Below are positions 8,152-18,984 of a stretch of DNA of 58,424 bases, in pieces. Under the pieces are notes generated by a model, which saw only the letters and a list, made by a program, of their open reading frames with translations, did not search any database and was not told where the DNA came from. The stretch lies in NCBI GenBank assembly GCA_030643485.1, contig DAOWLG010000038.1:1-58424 (forward strand), read 5' to 3'. Position numbers and translations under genes: made by a program. Origin of the DNA: Candidatus Nealsonbacteria bacterium (lineage in GTDB: Bacteria > Patescibacteriota > Minisyncoccia > Minisyncoccales > JAGMDC01). The stretch's first letter is position 1; the number at the start of each line of letters is the position of its first letter.

Positions 8152-9501
8152 ATGATCAAAAAACAAAAAACAAAACAAGAATTAATTAAGCCGCAAACAC
8201 TTAAAGGGTTTCGGGATTTTCTGCCGGAAGAAATGCGGCTTAGAGAATATGTAATTAATATTTTTAAGCAAGTATTTGAATGTTATGGATATGAACCCTT
8301 GGAAACCCCGGCTTTAGAATACACTAATTTAATGCTTGGAGTTTCAGGCGGGGAAGCGGAAAAACAATTTTTTAGATTCAAAGACAAGGGCGGCAGAGAT
8401 GTAATGCTGAAATTTGAAGTTATGGTCTCAATGTGCCGCGCTATTGCCCAACACAAAGATAAAATCGTTTTTCCTTTCAAACGATATCAAATTCAACGAT
8501 GCTGGAGAGCGGAAAAGCCCCAAAAAGGACGATTGCGAGAATTTACCCAATGCGACGCCGACACTATTGGAGCGAGTTCAATGATGGCTGACGCTGAATT
8601 TATTCAAATGGGCATTGAAATTATGAAAGAACTTGGCTTTAAGGAGTTTATTACTTTAATTAACAACCGGAAATTTTTAACCGGATTGATTAAGTTTGCA
8701 AAGGCAGACCCTTCTCTTTTTTATAAAATCTGTATGTCAATTGATAAACTTGGAAAAATTGGGATTGAAAATGTTAAAAAGGAAATGATTGAAAAAGCAG
8801 GTATTCCTTGTGCCACAGCAAATCAAATTCTAAAGATTATCTCTGTAAAAGGAGAAAGTGAGGAATTAATTAAAATCTTTAAGAAAAAAATGGCTAAAAT
8901 TCCAGAAGCCCAGGAAGGACTTTCTGAAATAAAAGAAATACTTGATTATCTTAAAACCGCTGGCATAGATAAGAAATACTACCGATTTGAACCCGCGATT
9001 GCCCGGGGGTTGGCTCACTATACCGGTCCTATCTGGGAAATAATGGTAATTGAAGGAGGAGTTGGGTCGGTTGCCGGTTGCGGCAGATATGACAATGTTA
9101 TTGGCGACTATCTTGGTGGAAAGGAAAAAATTCCGGCTACTGGCGGTTCTTTTGGACTTGAACGGATAATGGAGATATTAAAAGACAGAAAAATGGCAAA
9201 TCTGCCAAAAAATTATATTAATGTTTTAGTCACAATCTTTGATGAAAAGTTAGCAAAAAAATCAATTGATATAACAACTCAATTAAGAAAAGCGGGTATT
9301 GCAACTATGTTATATCCTGATACAGCGCGTCTTGATAAACAACTTAAATATGCCAACAGCAAAGAAATCCCTTTTGTCGTAATCATTGGGCCGGAGGAAG
9401 CAGTAAAAAATCAAATAACTCTTAAAAACATGAAAACTGGGGAACAAATAAAACTAAAAAATAAGGAATTATTAGAAAAACTAAAAAAAATAATAAAATG
9501 A
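8152..9501 (+). CDS. hisS: Histidine--tRNA ligase
   Basis: KGFRDFLP, RAEKPQKGRLREFTQCD, RGLAHYTG, GCGRYD, FGLER; start placed after tRNA-His. Confidence 0.96.
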   Translation: MIKKQKTKQELIKPQTLKGFRDFLPEEMRLREYVINIFKQVFECYGYEPLETPALEYTNLMLGVSGGEAEKQFFRFKDKGGRDVMLKFEVMVSMCRAIAQHKDKIVFPFKRYQIQRCWRAEKPQKGRLREFTQCDADTIGASSMMADAEFIQMGIEIMKELGFKEFITLINNRKFLTGLIKFAKADPSLFYKICMSIDKLGKIGIENVKKEMIEKAGIPCATANQILKIISVKGESEELIKIFKKKMAKIPEAQEGLSEIKEILDYLKTAGIDKKYYRFEPAIARGLAHYTGPIWEIMVIEGGVGSVAGCGRYDNVIGDYLGGKEKIPATGGSFGLERIMEILKDRKMANLPKNYINVLVTIFDEKLAKKSIDITTQLRKAGIATMLYPDTARLDKQLKYANSKEIPFVVIIGPEEAVKNQITLKNMKTGEQIKLKNKELLEKLKKIIK

Positions 9502-9693
9502 ATTCTATAAATCTGAAAAAAATAAATAAGGCAGTAAATTCTCATCATTATAACTTTTTCTTTCTCGGGAAAGGATTGTGTTGATGTTGAAAAAAAATCA
9601 TCAAAATAACCCCTTCCTGAGAAGGAAGGGGTTTTCGTTTCTTTCTGCGAAGCGGAAACTCATAGTTCATAAAAAAATAGGAGGTGAAAAAAA

Positions 9694-9831
9694 ATGAAAA
9701 GAAAAATAAACATATTATCTCTAGTTGTGTTGCATTCATTCCCCAACGAAAACCTTATTACGCCTGTTGGAAAAAAGACAGAAAAACAAAAAAAGGAAAG
9801 CGAAAAACTGGAAACACCTAAAAAAGAATAA
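9694..9831 (+). CDS. 45-aa small hypothetical protein
   Basis: Strong AGGAGGTG 7 nt upstream of ATG; hairpin at ~9850-9887 downstream. Confidence 0.35.
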   Translation: MKRKINILSLVVLHSFPNENLITPVGKKTEKQKKESEKLETPKKE

Positions 9832-9995
9832 ACACAACGAAAAATAAAAAATATAAGGACATTTTATTCTTTAATGTCCTTATTTTATTATTTTCTCTTC
9901 TTGTTATTGTTCGTTTAGATTTAATATCTCTATTTTTTTATTTTTGAAGTCAATTTTAATTGAATAATTTCTAAATAAACCAACTCCCACCAGTG

Positions 9996-10271
9996 CTATT
10001 GAGGAGGAATATGACGAGATATTACTTCAGCCGCAGTAAAGCCAACCTTTTTTATATAAAATATTTTTTCCGGGTATTTTTCTTTAGCTTTTTCAACGGC
10101 TTCTACTAAAGTATCTCCTAAAAATCCCTCTTCTGTTTCAATTTCAATAGCAAAAAATTTACCATTAAAAGATGGCTCATATTTTTCTTTAAATTTTCTT
10201 TGATATATCTCTTCTCCTTTTTTGGCTATTTCTCTGGTGTTAATCGTCGATAATTGTTTTTCTTCATTCAT
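9996..10271 (-). CDS. Small hypothetical protein (DUF5678-like)
   Basis: GKFFAIE…G..L.EA..KA..KYP…Y.KKVG pattern. Confidence 0.6.
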   Translation of the reverse strand: MNEEKQLSTINTREIAKKGEEIYQRKFKEKYEPSFNGKFFAIEIETEEGFLGDTLVEAVEKAKEKYPEKIFYIKKVGFTAAEVISRHIPPQ

Positions 10272-10355
10272 ACCTTTATTATACTACAAAATTCTTTTAA
10301 TGCTACTGAAATAGATAGTCAATAAAAAATCTTGTTGGAATATTTTTAAATATTC

Positions 10356-11378
10356 TCACTTCTTCTCTTCTAATTTTACTTTTATTATTTGTTCTTGTTT
10401 TTCTCTTAAAATTTTTAATTCTACTTCCTTGCCGATTTCAAATTTCTGCAAAATAGACGACAAAGGATTTTTGACGGTAATTTTTTCTCCTTGGCATTCT
10501 AAAATAATGTCAAATTCTTTTAAGCCGGCTTTTTCCGCGGCTGAATTTGAAACTATTGCGGACTCCCCCAGATTCTCTCTTACTATAAAAGCGCCGTAAT
10601 CAACAGGCAGTTTATTTTTTTCAGATATTGCCTTGCTCAAAAGAATATATCTCACTCCTAAAAATGGCTTTTTTATTTTTCCGTATTTTTTTACTTCTTC
10701 TAAATCTTTTTTGGCGTAATCAATTGGAATTGCAAAGCCAATGTTTTGAGCCATTGCCACTATTGCCGTATTTATTCCAATAACCTTTCCATTCATATCC
10801 ACTAAGGGCCCGCCGGAATTTCCTGGATTAATAGCTGCGTCGGTTTGGATTAGACCCCTTAATTGTTCTGCCTGCTGTGTATGGCCTCCAAGAGCAGTGA
10901 TATTTCGACTTAAACCGGAAACCACTCCGGTGCTTACAGTATCATGAAACTCTCCTAAAGCGTTTCCAATAGTAATTACCGCTTGTCCAAGCGCAATATT
11001 TTTGGAATCGCCTAGATCTAAACAAGGAAGGTTTTTTGCCTGTATTTTTAGAATAGCAATATCATTGATAGAATCACGGGCTAAAACCTTTGCAGGATAT
11101 TTCTTTTCCGGGTCTAAAACAATTGTGTAGTCCGCTTTAGGGTCGGCAACCACATGCTGCGAGGTTAAAATCATACCATCTGGAGAAATAATAAACCCGG
11201 AGCCGCCCCCTATTTTTGTTTTTTCCTTTTTTTCGCCCATTCGCGGCACAGTTAAACTTTGGCCGCCGAATGGAACCATATAAAAACCCTCTATCTTGGG
11301 CAGGTCTTTTGAGATAACAATCGTAATTACTGCTGGGCAGGACTTTTTTACTATATCTATAATTGGCGATTTCTCCAT
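10356..11378 (-). CDS. htrA: HtrA/DegP-family serine protease with PDZ domain
   Basis: GSGFII, TSQHVV, IQTDAAINPGNSGGPL, C-terminal PDZ. Confidence 0.92.
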   Translation of the reverse strand: MEKSPIIDIVKKSCPAVITIVISKDLPKIEGFYMVPFGGQSLTVPRMGEKKEKTKIGGGSGFIISPDGMILTSQHVVADPKADYTIVLDPEKKYPAKVLARDSINDIAILKIQAKNLPCLDLGDSKNIALGQAVITIGNALGEFHDTVSTGVVSGLSRNITALGGHTQQAEQLRGLIQTDAAINPGNSGGPLVDMNGKVIGINTAIVAMAQNIGFAIPIDYAKKDLEEVKKYGKIKKPFLGVRYILLSKAISEKNKLPVDYGAFIVRENLGESAIVSNSAAEKAGLKEFDIILECQGEKITVKNPLSSILQKFEIGKEVELKILREKQEQIIKVKLEEKK

Positions 11379-11441
11379 TATTCTATAATAGCATAAAATA
11401 TCATTGTCAACAAGAGAAAAATCTGTTAAAGTAATAAAATC

Positions 11442-11513
11442 GCCCCTGTAGTTTAATGGATAAAATAAGAGTTTCCTAAACTCTTGATAAAGGTTCGATT
11501 CCTTTCAGGGGCA
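11442..11513 (+). tRNA. tRNA-Arg(CCT)
   Basis: GCCCCTG/CAGGGGC acceptor stem, anticodon loop TTCCTAA, GTTCGA. Confidence 0.93.
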
Positions 11514-11520
11514 CAAAAAT

Positions 11521-12030
11521 ATGAATAAAATTTTTCAGTATTTTTTAGTAAAACACAACCGAAAAACGCCTTTCGTAATTTTGGTTTATTTCTTTGCCAC
11601 TTTTATTATCGTAAGAACATTTGTCTATGCCTGGACTTACGGCTTTATCCCTGAAATAACGCTCGTGATAAGAGATATACAAATCCATCATCTGAATTTT
11701 GGTATTTTCATTCTGGCTGTTGCGGGATATTTGGCGCTAGTAAGAGAAAAAGAAGATAGTCGTTTGAAAATCGCTAAAATTTACGGAATTGGCTTGGCTC
11801 TGGCTTTTGACGAATTCGGAATGTGGCTTCATCTTGAAAATAATTACTGGCTTCGCCAAAGTTATGACGGTATAATTATTATCACAGTAATTCTGCTTAA
11901 CATTGTTTTTCTTAAACATATCTGGCAAAAAATTATTGAACAGCATATAATATTAGGAAGGAAAATCCTGAACAAATTTCGGAAAGATGTTGAAATAAAA
12001 AGCAGAAAAATCTTAACTGGAAAAAAATGA
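11521..12030 (+). CDS. Integral membrane protein
   Basis: Four TM segments; HHLNFG and GIGLALAFDEF motifs. Confidence 0.8.
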   Translation: MNKIFQYFLVKHNRKTPFVILVYFFATFIIVRTFVYAWTYGFIPEITLVIRDIQIHHLNFGIFILAVAGYLALVREKEDSRLKIAKIYGIGLALAFDEFGMWLHLENNYWLRQSYDGIIIITVILLNIVFLKHIWQKIIEQHIILGRKILNKFRKDVEIKSRKILTGKK

Positions 12031-12031
12031 A

Positions 12032-12104
12032 GGGCCCATAGCGTAGTGGTTATCGCGCATCCGTGGCACGGATGAGATCGTGGGTTCGACTCCCACTGGG
12101 TCCA
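12032..12104 (+). tRNA. tRNA-Ala(GGC)
   Basis: G3-U70 acceptor pair, anticodon loop GTGGCAC, GTTCGAC. Confidence 0.93.
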
Positions 12105-12557
12105 CAAAAAAATTGCCAAAGGACAGTCCTCTGGCAATTTTTTTTGTGGTGTTTATTGAAAAAAAATTAGAACTTATTTTGAACAAAATCCCGACGCTGA
12201 TTGATTGCCCGCTCGCCGCAGGCGAGCGGGCAGAAATCCGTTTTGCGAATTTCCCGCCCAGCGTTTCCGCCCGCTACTAAGCGGCGGCGAACAAAACAGA
12301 AAAATTTTCTTTTCCTTATTGATTAAAAAAATTGGCGAGGTGGCGATTAAAAAAAATGTAAAGAAAATTTTTCTGTTTTGATTTTCCGCTATTGCGGGAA
12401 ACGGAAACGCTTTCGGGCTTTGCCCGATTTTTTTTTCGGGGGAAGGACTCTATGAATCGTTGACTACAATCAAATTTTCAGTTATCATTATAATAAGCAA
12501 GCCAGAGGTATTTTACTATAATCAGTATATTATAATAGTTTATCAAAATCAGATAAT

Positions 12558-12758
12558 ATGTCAATAGTCAGTGAAAACATAAGAAAACTTCGCAAGAAAA
12601 AAGGAATAAGCCAAGATCGCCTTTCAAAAGAGGCGGATTTGGCGTTGAATACAATCGTCAAAATAGAGACTGGCGAAAGCCCAAATCCCACAGTTGAAAC
12701 ATTAGAAAAAATCGCCAAAGCTCTTGATGTCCAAGCTGGCGATTTTTTCAAAAAATAA
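12558..12758 (+). CDS. XRE-family HTH regulator
   Basis: IRKLRKKKGISQ..L…IETGES.NPT..TL.KIA.AL. Confidence 0.9.
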   Translation: MSIVSENIRKLRKKKGISQDRLSKEADLALNTIVKIETGESPNPTVETLEKIAKALDVQAGDFFKK

Positions 12759-12762
12759 TTTT

Positions 12763-14568
12763 ATGACAAAAAATAATAACAACAATCAGCCGATTGATAA
12801 AACAGAGATTGTCTGGCCAGGAAAGCGAAAAGAAGTTGAACGGGTAAGTTTGCCGTTTCAAGTAATTGAGACAATCAACGCGCCTCGTGGAGCGCGGCAG
12901 AAAGAGATGTTTAACAATAACACGCCAGCGGATTGGAAAAATCGGCTTATTTGGGGCGACAATCTTTTGGTGATGGGTTCACTTCTCAAAGAATTTGCCG
13001 GAAAAATCAATCTTATTTATATTGACCCGCCTTTTGCAACTGGCGACGATTTTTCTTTTACAGTGCAGATTGGCGATGGCGCTGAAATTACGAAAGAACC
13101 GTCTGCTCTTGAGGTTAAGGCGTATCGCGACACTTGGGGCAAGGGCATGCAGTCATATCTTCAAATGATGTATGACAGATTGGTTTTGATGAAAGAACTT
13201 TTGGCTGACGACGGCTCAATTTATGTGCATTTGGATTATCGTGTGTCACATTATATAAAAATGATACTCGATGAAATTTTTGGAGAAAAATCTTTACGAA
13301 ATGAAATTATTTGGTTTTATCCAAGAGGAGGAGATGCGGACAAACAATTTAATAGAAAGCACGATTCAATCTTTTGGTATTCTAAAAGCGACAATTCTTG
13401 GATTTTTAACTGGAAAGATACTTTAATTCCCTACACAGAGGAGCAACTTGCGCGTTTCAAAAAGAAAGACGAGAAAGGAAAATTTTATTGGAATGTAAAT
13501 CCTCGTGGCGAGCGAGTGAAAACCTATTTGAGAAAAGCAGGAATAGGGGAATATGATGTTTGGAATATAGGAATTAACGCAACCGAACTTAAAGAAATTG
13601 GATATCCTACGGCAAAACCACCGAAATTACTTGAACGCATAATAAAAGCTTCTTCAAATGAAGGTGATATTGTGGCTGACTTTTTTAGTGGTTCGGGCAC
13701 AACCGTAAGTGTTGCCGAGAAATTAAATCGAAAATGGATAGGAGTTGATCTCAGCAGGTTCGCGATTCAGACAACTCGCAAACGGCTTTTGGATATGAGC
13801 GCAAAGCCGTTTAAGGTCCAAAATCTTGGAAAATACGAACGCCATCATTGGGCAAAACTTAATGGCAAATATAAGGATTATGTAGAATTTATTTTGGAAT
13901 TATATCACGCTGAACGCATTGACGGTTTTACTTATTTGCACGGCAAAAAAGCGAAAAGTTTTGTTCGCGTTGGCTCGGTGGACGCTCCGGTAACGCTTTC
14001 AGAAATCCGCTCTGCGCTGGAAGAATGTCAAAAAAATAAAATCAAAAAACTTGATATTCTTGGCTGGGAATGGGAAATGGGATTGCACGATTTAATAAAA
14101 GAAGAAGCGGAAAAATACGGTGTCAAACTTGGGACATTTCAAATTCCGCGCGAGGTGATGGAATTGTCAGTTGCGGACGCTCAAAAGCGCGATGTCCAAT
14201 TTTTTGAACTTGCTTACTTGGAAGTTGAGGCAAAAGTTAAAGACAAAAAAGCGACAATTACGCTCAAAGATTTTATTATTCCAAATCCAGAATTATTACC
14301 AGAGCAAGTGAAAGGTAAAGTGAAAAATTGGAGCGACTTTATTGACTACTGGGCAGTGGACTGGATGTTTAATCAGCACAAGAAATGGACAGAGGAAGAT
14401 GACACTTTTCACAATATGAACCAGCGATACCGCACGCGCAAAGAACCGAAATTGGAACTTTCAATGAATTACGATAAATATAAAAAATCTGGTAAATATA
14501 ATATCTTGGTAAAGGTCGTAGATATATTTGGGAATGACACTACCAAACTTATTACAATTAAAATTTAA
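12763..14568 (+). CDS. mod: Type III RM methyltransferase subunit (Mod)
   Basis: LIWGDNL, YIDPPF, YPTAKP, DFFSGSGTT, terminal KVVDIFGND. Confidence 0.9.
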   Translation: MTKNNNNNQPIDKTEIVWPGKRKEVERVSLPFQVIETINAPRGARQKEMFNNNTPADWKNRLIWGDNLLVMGSLLKEFAGKINLIYIDPPFATGDDFSFTVQIGDGAEITKEPSALEVKAYRDTWGKGMQSYLQMMYDRLVLMKELLADDGSIYVHLDYRVSHYIKMILDEIFGEKSLRNEIIWFYPRGGDADKQFNRKHDSIFWYSKSDNSWIFNWKDTLIPYTEEQLARFKKKDEKGKFYWNVNPRGERVKTYLRKAGIGEYDVWNIGINATELKEIGYPTAKPPKLLERIIKASSNEGDIVADFFSGSGTTVSVAEKLNRKWIGVDLSRFAIQTTRKRLLDMSAKPFKVQNLGKYERHHWAKLNGKYKDYVEFILELYHAERIDGFTYLHGKKAKSFVRVGSVDAPVTLSEIRSALEECQKNKIKKLDILGWEWEMGLHDLIKEEAEKYGVKLGTFQIPREVMELSVADAQKRDVQFFELAYLEVEAKVKDKKATITLKDFIIPNPELLPEQVKGKVKNWSDFIDYWAVDWMFNQHKKWTEEDDTFHNMNQRYRTRKEPKLELSMNYDKYKKSGKYNILVKVVDIFGNDTTKLITIKI

Positions 14569-14576
14569 CCAAAGTT

Positions 14577-16202
14577 ATGTATTTGCCAGAAGACATTGAT
14601 GACATTTTAAGAAATAGAGAAGCTGAAATCTTGGAGTTCAAGGAAGCCAAGAGTAATTTTGATTCAAGGGATCGTTCTGATTATTGCGCCGCAATAGCAA
14701 ACGCAGGCGGTGGCAGATTACTGCTTGGCGTAGATAATGATAGGAATATTCTTGGCACTTCTGTATATGCTGGAGCAATAGAAAAAATTCCTCACGAAGT
14801 ATATCAAATTATTGGAGTTCGTATAATTGTTGAGGAAGTTGACCACAAGAATGGCAGAGTTGTTGTGTTTGATATACCAGCAAGACCCGTTGGGCAGCGT
14901 GTGCGTTCAAACGGACATTATAAATATCCTATTCGGATTGGCGAATCGTTAGTCGAGATGGATGACGAAACAACTCGTAATATTTTGAATGAAGTGCAAC
15001 CAGATTTTTCTGCTGGCATTATAGATGGCCTTGATTTAAGCGATTTAGATATGGCGGCTATTGATAATTTTAAAAAACAAAGAGCGGAAAAAACTGGTAA
15101 TTTAAGAATTATTTCTACTCCCACGGAACAAGTATTGCAAGATGCTGAACTCATACGCGATGGAAAAATTACATTTGCTTGTTTAGTTTTGCTGGGTAAG
15201 GCAGAAAAAATAGCAAAATTTTTACCGCAAGACGAAATTATTTATGAATGGCGAAATACGAAGGGACAAATTCATCATGATTTTAGGAAATTATGGCGAG
15301 CGCCATATTTTATTATTTATGACGAGATTTGGCAGACAATAAATGTTCGCAATCTGCGAATACCTTATCAAGAAGGATTTATACAGCAAGAAGTGTTGGC
15401 GTTTGATGAGAAATCTTGTCGTGAAGCAGTTAATAATGCTGTAGCCCATCGTGATTATTCTATTGGCGGACGATCTATTCTTATTCAATCCTCTCCAGAA
15501 AGTTTTACTGTCGTAAGTCCCGGGGGATTTTTATCGGGCATTACCGAGGACAATGTTTTGACAGCCTCTCCTCGCTGGCGCAATCGTCTTGTTGCGGAAG
15601 CACTTGAAAGGACAAATTTTGTTGAACGATCTGGACAGGGAATTGATAATATTTTTGAAGCATCAATTCGTCAAGGCAAGGGTTTGCCAAATTTCCATGG
15701 CACGACTAATGACACAGTGCAAATAAATGTTCCCGCAAAAGTTCAAGATGCGGAATTTATTAAATTTTTAGAAAAAGTGGCGAATGAAAAGCAAATCAGT
15801 TTTTCCTTTAATGAAATTTATGAATTGGAAATGCTCCGCGCGCAAAAAACTCTTGTGAGTTTAAAGCATAAAGAAAAATTTTTAAAACTCGGAATTATTG
15901 AAAAAATTGGGAAAACCAGTGGGACAAAATATATGCTTTCGCATCGCTATTATTCTTATGAAAAAAAACCAGGGATTTATACAAGAGTTAAAGGTATCAG
16001 CCGTGAGCATAAAAAATATTTAATACTTGAACATATTAAACGCGAAGGTCAGGGATGCAGGAGCGATTTTCTTGATGCATTTCCAGAGCTGAAGGCAAGA
16101 GATATATCAAATCTATTACAGGAGTTAAAAAAAGATGGAAAAATTGAGCGAATAGGTTTTGATACAACTGGTTACTGGCGGATTAAAGAAGATTCTAATT
16201 AG
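14577..16202 (+). CDS. AlbA_2 (Schlafen-like) / ATP-binding / wHTH protein
   Basis: LEFKEA, AIANAGGG.LLLGVD, REAVNNAVAHRDY, RN.L, VERSGQGID. Confidence 0.85.
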   Translation: MYLPEDIDDILRNREAEILEFKEAKSNFDSRDRSDYCAAIANAGGGRLLLGVDNDRNILGTSVYAGAIEKIPHEVYQIIGVRIIVEEVDHKNGRVVVFDIPARPVGQRVRSNGHYKYPIRIGESLVEMDDETTRNILNEVQPDFSAGIIDGLDLSDLDMAAIDNFKKQRAEKTGNLRIISTPTEQVLQDAELIRDGKITFACLVLLGKAEKIAKFLPQDEIIYEWRNTKGQIHHDFRKLWRAPYFIIYDEIWQTINVRNLRIPYQEGFIQQEVLAFDEKSCREAVNNAVAHRDYSIGGRSILIQSSPESFTVVSPGGFLSGITEDNVLTASPRWRNRLVAEALERTNFVERSGQGIDNIFEASIRQGKGLPNFHGTTNDTVQINVPAKVQDAEFIKFLEKVANEKQISFSFNEIYELEMLRAQKTLVSLKHKEKFLKLGIIEKIGKTSGTKYMLSHRYYSYEKKPGIYTRVKGISREHKKYLILEHIKREGQGCRSDFLDAFPELKARDISNLLQELKKDGKIERIGFDTTGYWRIKEDSN

Positions 16203-16372
16203 TAGTAAAATGTTGTTTTTAGTAGAAGAAACAAAGAAATTACCTTAAAAATAGGGGTGTGAATAAGTTGTAAGTTCTACTAAAATATAGTTTATTTTCA
16301 GGGGGGTTGAAAATAAATAACGCGCGCGATTTTTAACTTAAAATAGACCATCTTGATAGTTTTTATTTTCAT

Positions 16373-18871
16373 ATGACCAAAAATCATAGAAAAATTAAAA
16401 AATCGAATCTTCCGCTTGTTTGCGCTTTACAACCTGCTGTCGCTGCGTGGCGAGAGGGTGGATATAAAGAGGGGACGAGCAAGACAACTCGGCGGCTTTT
16501 GGAATGGTGGTTCGTGGAAGACCACGAGGTTGCCGATGGAAAATTTTTTGCTTTTTGGCGCGCTCAAAGAGAAGCGATTGAACATTTGATTTATTGTTAT
16601 GAAGTTTTGGAAGCGCGCAGTTTATATCAGTTAGCGCAAAAGCTTGATGCGAGAGTACCCGTTGATCCAAGCGCGGATAAATGGGCAAAATACGCTTTCA
16701 AAATGGCGACAGGTTCGGGCAAAACAATGATAATGGCGATGGCAGTTGTTTGGTCGTATTTTAACGCTACCAAAGAGAAGCAAAAAGATTTCACAAAAAA
16801 TTTTATTTTAATCGCGCCAAATCTGATTGTGCTTGACCGATTAATGGGCGATTCAAAAAATCCAGAATTTTTTGAAGGCGCTATTTTCAAAAAATTTCCT
16901 TTTATTCCCCCAGAATGGTCATCGGATTTCCAGCTTGATGTTATTGGACCTAACGAAGAACGGGAAAGCACTAAATCATCAACACTCTACTTGCTCAACT
17001 GGCAAAAATTTGTTGAACGCAAAAATAGTAAGGCAGAAAATCCTGTACAGGATATTTTAGGCCAAAAGCCGCCAAGCGAGATTATTGTTTCTTTGAAAAA
17101 ACTCAAAGACAGGTTATCTCATCTTTCAAATGTGATGGTGCTAAACGACGAGGCGCATCATGTTTGGGACGAGGATCTTGTTTGGTATAAAGCTATTACG
17201 GATTTGAACGATAACTCAGGACTGATGTGTCAGTTGGACTTTTCGGCAACGCCAAAATATCAGAAAACAGGACAACTTTTTACTCACATTATCACTGATT
17301 ATAGTTTAGGAAGCGCGATTGATGACAATATCGTGAAGCGTCCGAAAATTGCTGAGATTGAAAATGCGCCAGAAATTGAAAGCAAAAAAGCATCAGAGAA
17401 ATATCGCGTCCAAATTGACGCAGGCATCAACCAGTGGAGAGTTATGCGCAAAGTGATTATCAAAACAAACAAAAAGCCAGTGCTTTTTGTAATGACGGAA
17501 GATAATGCTTCTGCTGATGATGTTGCCGAATATATGGCGACATTTCCTGAATTCAGCGGAAACAAAATTTTAACAATTCATTCAGGCAAAAAGAAAGATC
17601 AAATTGCGGCAAAAGATTTGGAAATAGCGCGCAAAGCGGCTCGTGAAATTGACTCATTGGAAAATCCGCATAACGCAATTGTTTCCGTGCTTATGCTTCA
17701 CGAGGGCTGGGATGTGCGCAATGTTGTTGTAGTTGTTCCTCTGCGTTCTTTTAGCTCAAAAGCAAAAATTTTGCCTGAGCAAACGTTGGGAAGAGGTTTG
17801 CGCCGAATGTGGCCAGAGGATAGCAAGCATAAAGAACTATTGATAGTTATTGAGCATCCGCAATTTCACGATTTGATTGACGAGGCATTAGCAGAACAGG
17901 GTGTTAAAGTTGAATTTGTCAGTTTGGAAGAAGCTTACAATCCCCCGGTAATTATTCAAACGGAAAAAAATAAACTGAAATACGATATTGAAACGCCGAT
18001 GCTCTCTGGAGGACTAACGCATTCGGTAACAGGGATTGAGAAATTACAGGCGAATGTCTTGGATAGCAAATTGTTTAAGTATGATTCTTTACAGGCGCGA
18101 GATGTAATCCTTCGCAAGATTGATATGCTGACGAAAAAAGAGGAAGCAAAAGAAGTGTTGGAGTTTCCATACGCTGATAATCCGCAGATATATATCGCGA
18201 GTATTGCTAACGCGGTTTTGCGATTTGCGAGAATTCCGGGACATTTTGATAAAGTCGCGCCACAAGTCAAAGAATATATTGCTAAATATCTTTTTGATAG
18301 AAAAGTTGATATTACCAATCTTGAAACATTGAAAAAGCTCAATCACCCTAAAGTGCGTGGCGCGACCATCTCCATTTTTGTTGATATTATTAATAATCTG
18401 ACAATTGTATCAGAAAAAGCAAAAATGGAAGAACGAAAAGCGCGAGCGTCTGAGATTAAACCGTTTCCGTGGACAAAACTTGCTGTGGCGGCGCAAAAAT
18501 CCGTTTTGAATTTTACACCAGTTGATAATGATTTTGAGGCAAAATTTGTAAAATTTCTTGACGGAGCAGATGATGTTGATGCTTTTATTAAAAATGAAAC
18601 AAGGACAATGAATCTCAAAATTCCGTATATTGCTCAAGACGGATTTTTGCGCCGCTATATTCCGGACTTTATTATTCGGACGAAAAATGGTATGGTGATT
18701 ATTGAAACAAAGGGGCGTGAAGATGTTGATGTTGTGGCAAAAGATTTGCAGGGTAAACGATGGACAGAAGAAGTTAGCAGACGCACAGGGACAAAATGGA
18801 CATTTTTACGCGTTGATCAAAAAGAATTTGAGAAAGCAAGATATAACAAACTTGCTGAATTAACAATCTAA
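16373..18871 (+). CDS. res: Type III RM restriction subunit (SF2 helicase + nuclease)
   Basis: KMATGSGKT, DEAHH, EGWDV, QTLGRGLR, YIPDFI…IETKG. Confidence 0.9.
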   Translation: MTKNHRKIKKSNLPLVCALQPAVAAWREGGYKEGTSKTTRRLLEWWFVEDHEVADGKFFAFWRAQREAIEHLIYCYEVLEARSLYQLAQKLDARVPVDPSADKWAKYAFKMATGSGKTMIMAMAVVWSYFNATKEKQKDFTKNFILIAPNLIVLDRLMGDSKNPEFFEGAIFKKFPFIPPEWSSDFQLDVIGPNEERESTKSSTLYLLNWQKFVERKNSKAENPVQDILGQKPPSEIIVSLKKLKDRLSHLSNVMVLNDEAHHVWDEDLVWYKAITDLNDNSGLMCQLDFSATPKYQKTGQLFTHIITDYSLGSAIDDNIVKRPKIAEIENAPEIESKKASEKYRVQIDAGINQWRVMRKVIIKTNKKPVLFVMTEDNASADDVAEYMATFPEFSGNKILTIHSGKKKDQIAAKDLEIARKAAREIDSLENPHNAIVSVLMLHEGWDVRNVVVVVPLRSFSSKAKILPEQTLGRGLRRMWPEDSKHKELLIVIEHPQFHDLIDEALAEQGVKVEFVSLEEAYNPPVIIQTEKNKLKYDIETPMLSGGLTHSVTGIEKLQANVLDSKLFKYDSLQARDVILRKIDMLTKKEEAKEVLEFPYADNPQIYIASIANAVLRFARIPGHFDKVAPQVKEYIAKYLFDRKVDITNLETLKKLNHPKVRGATISIFVDIINNLTIVSEKAKMEERKARASEIKPFPWTKLAVAAQKSVLNFTPVDNDFEAKFVKFLDGADDVDAFIKNETRTMNLKIPYIAQDGFLRRYIPDFIIRTKNGMVIIETKGREDVDVVAKDLQGKRWTEEVSRRTGTKWTFLRVDQKEFEKARYNKLAELTI

Positions 18872-18984
18872 ACCCACCCACCGCCCTTATTATTTTTGAA
18901 ATCCTGCCGAAAAAAATCGGGCAAAGCCCGAAAGATTAGTAGGCAAAATGAAAAATTGCCAGAGGACAGTCCTCTGGCAATTTT

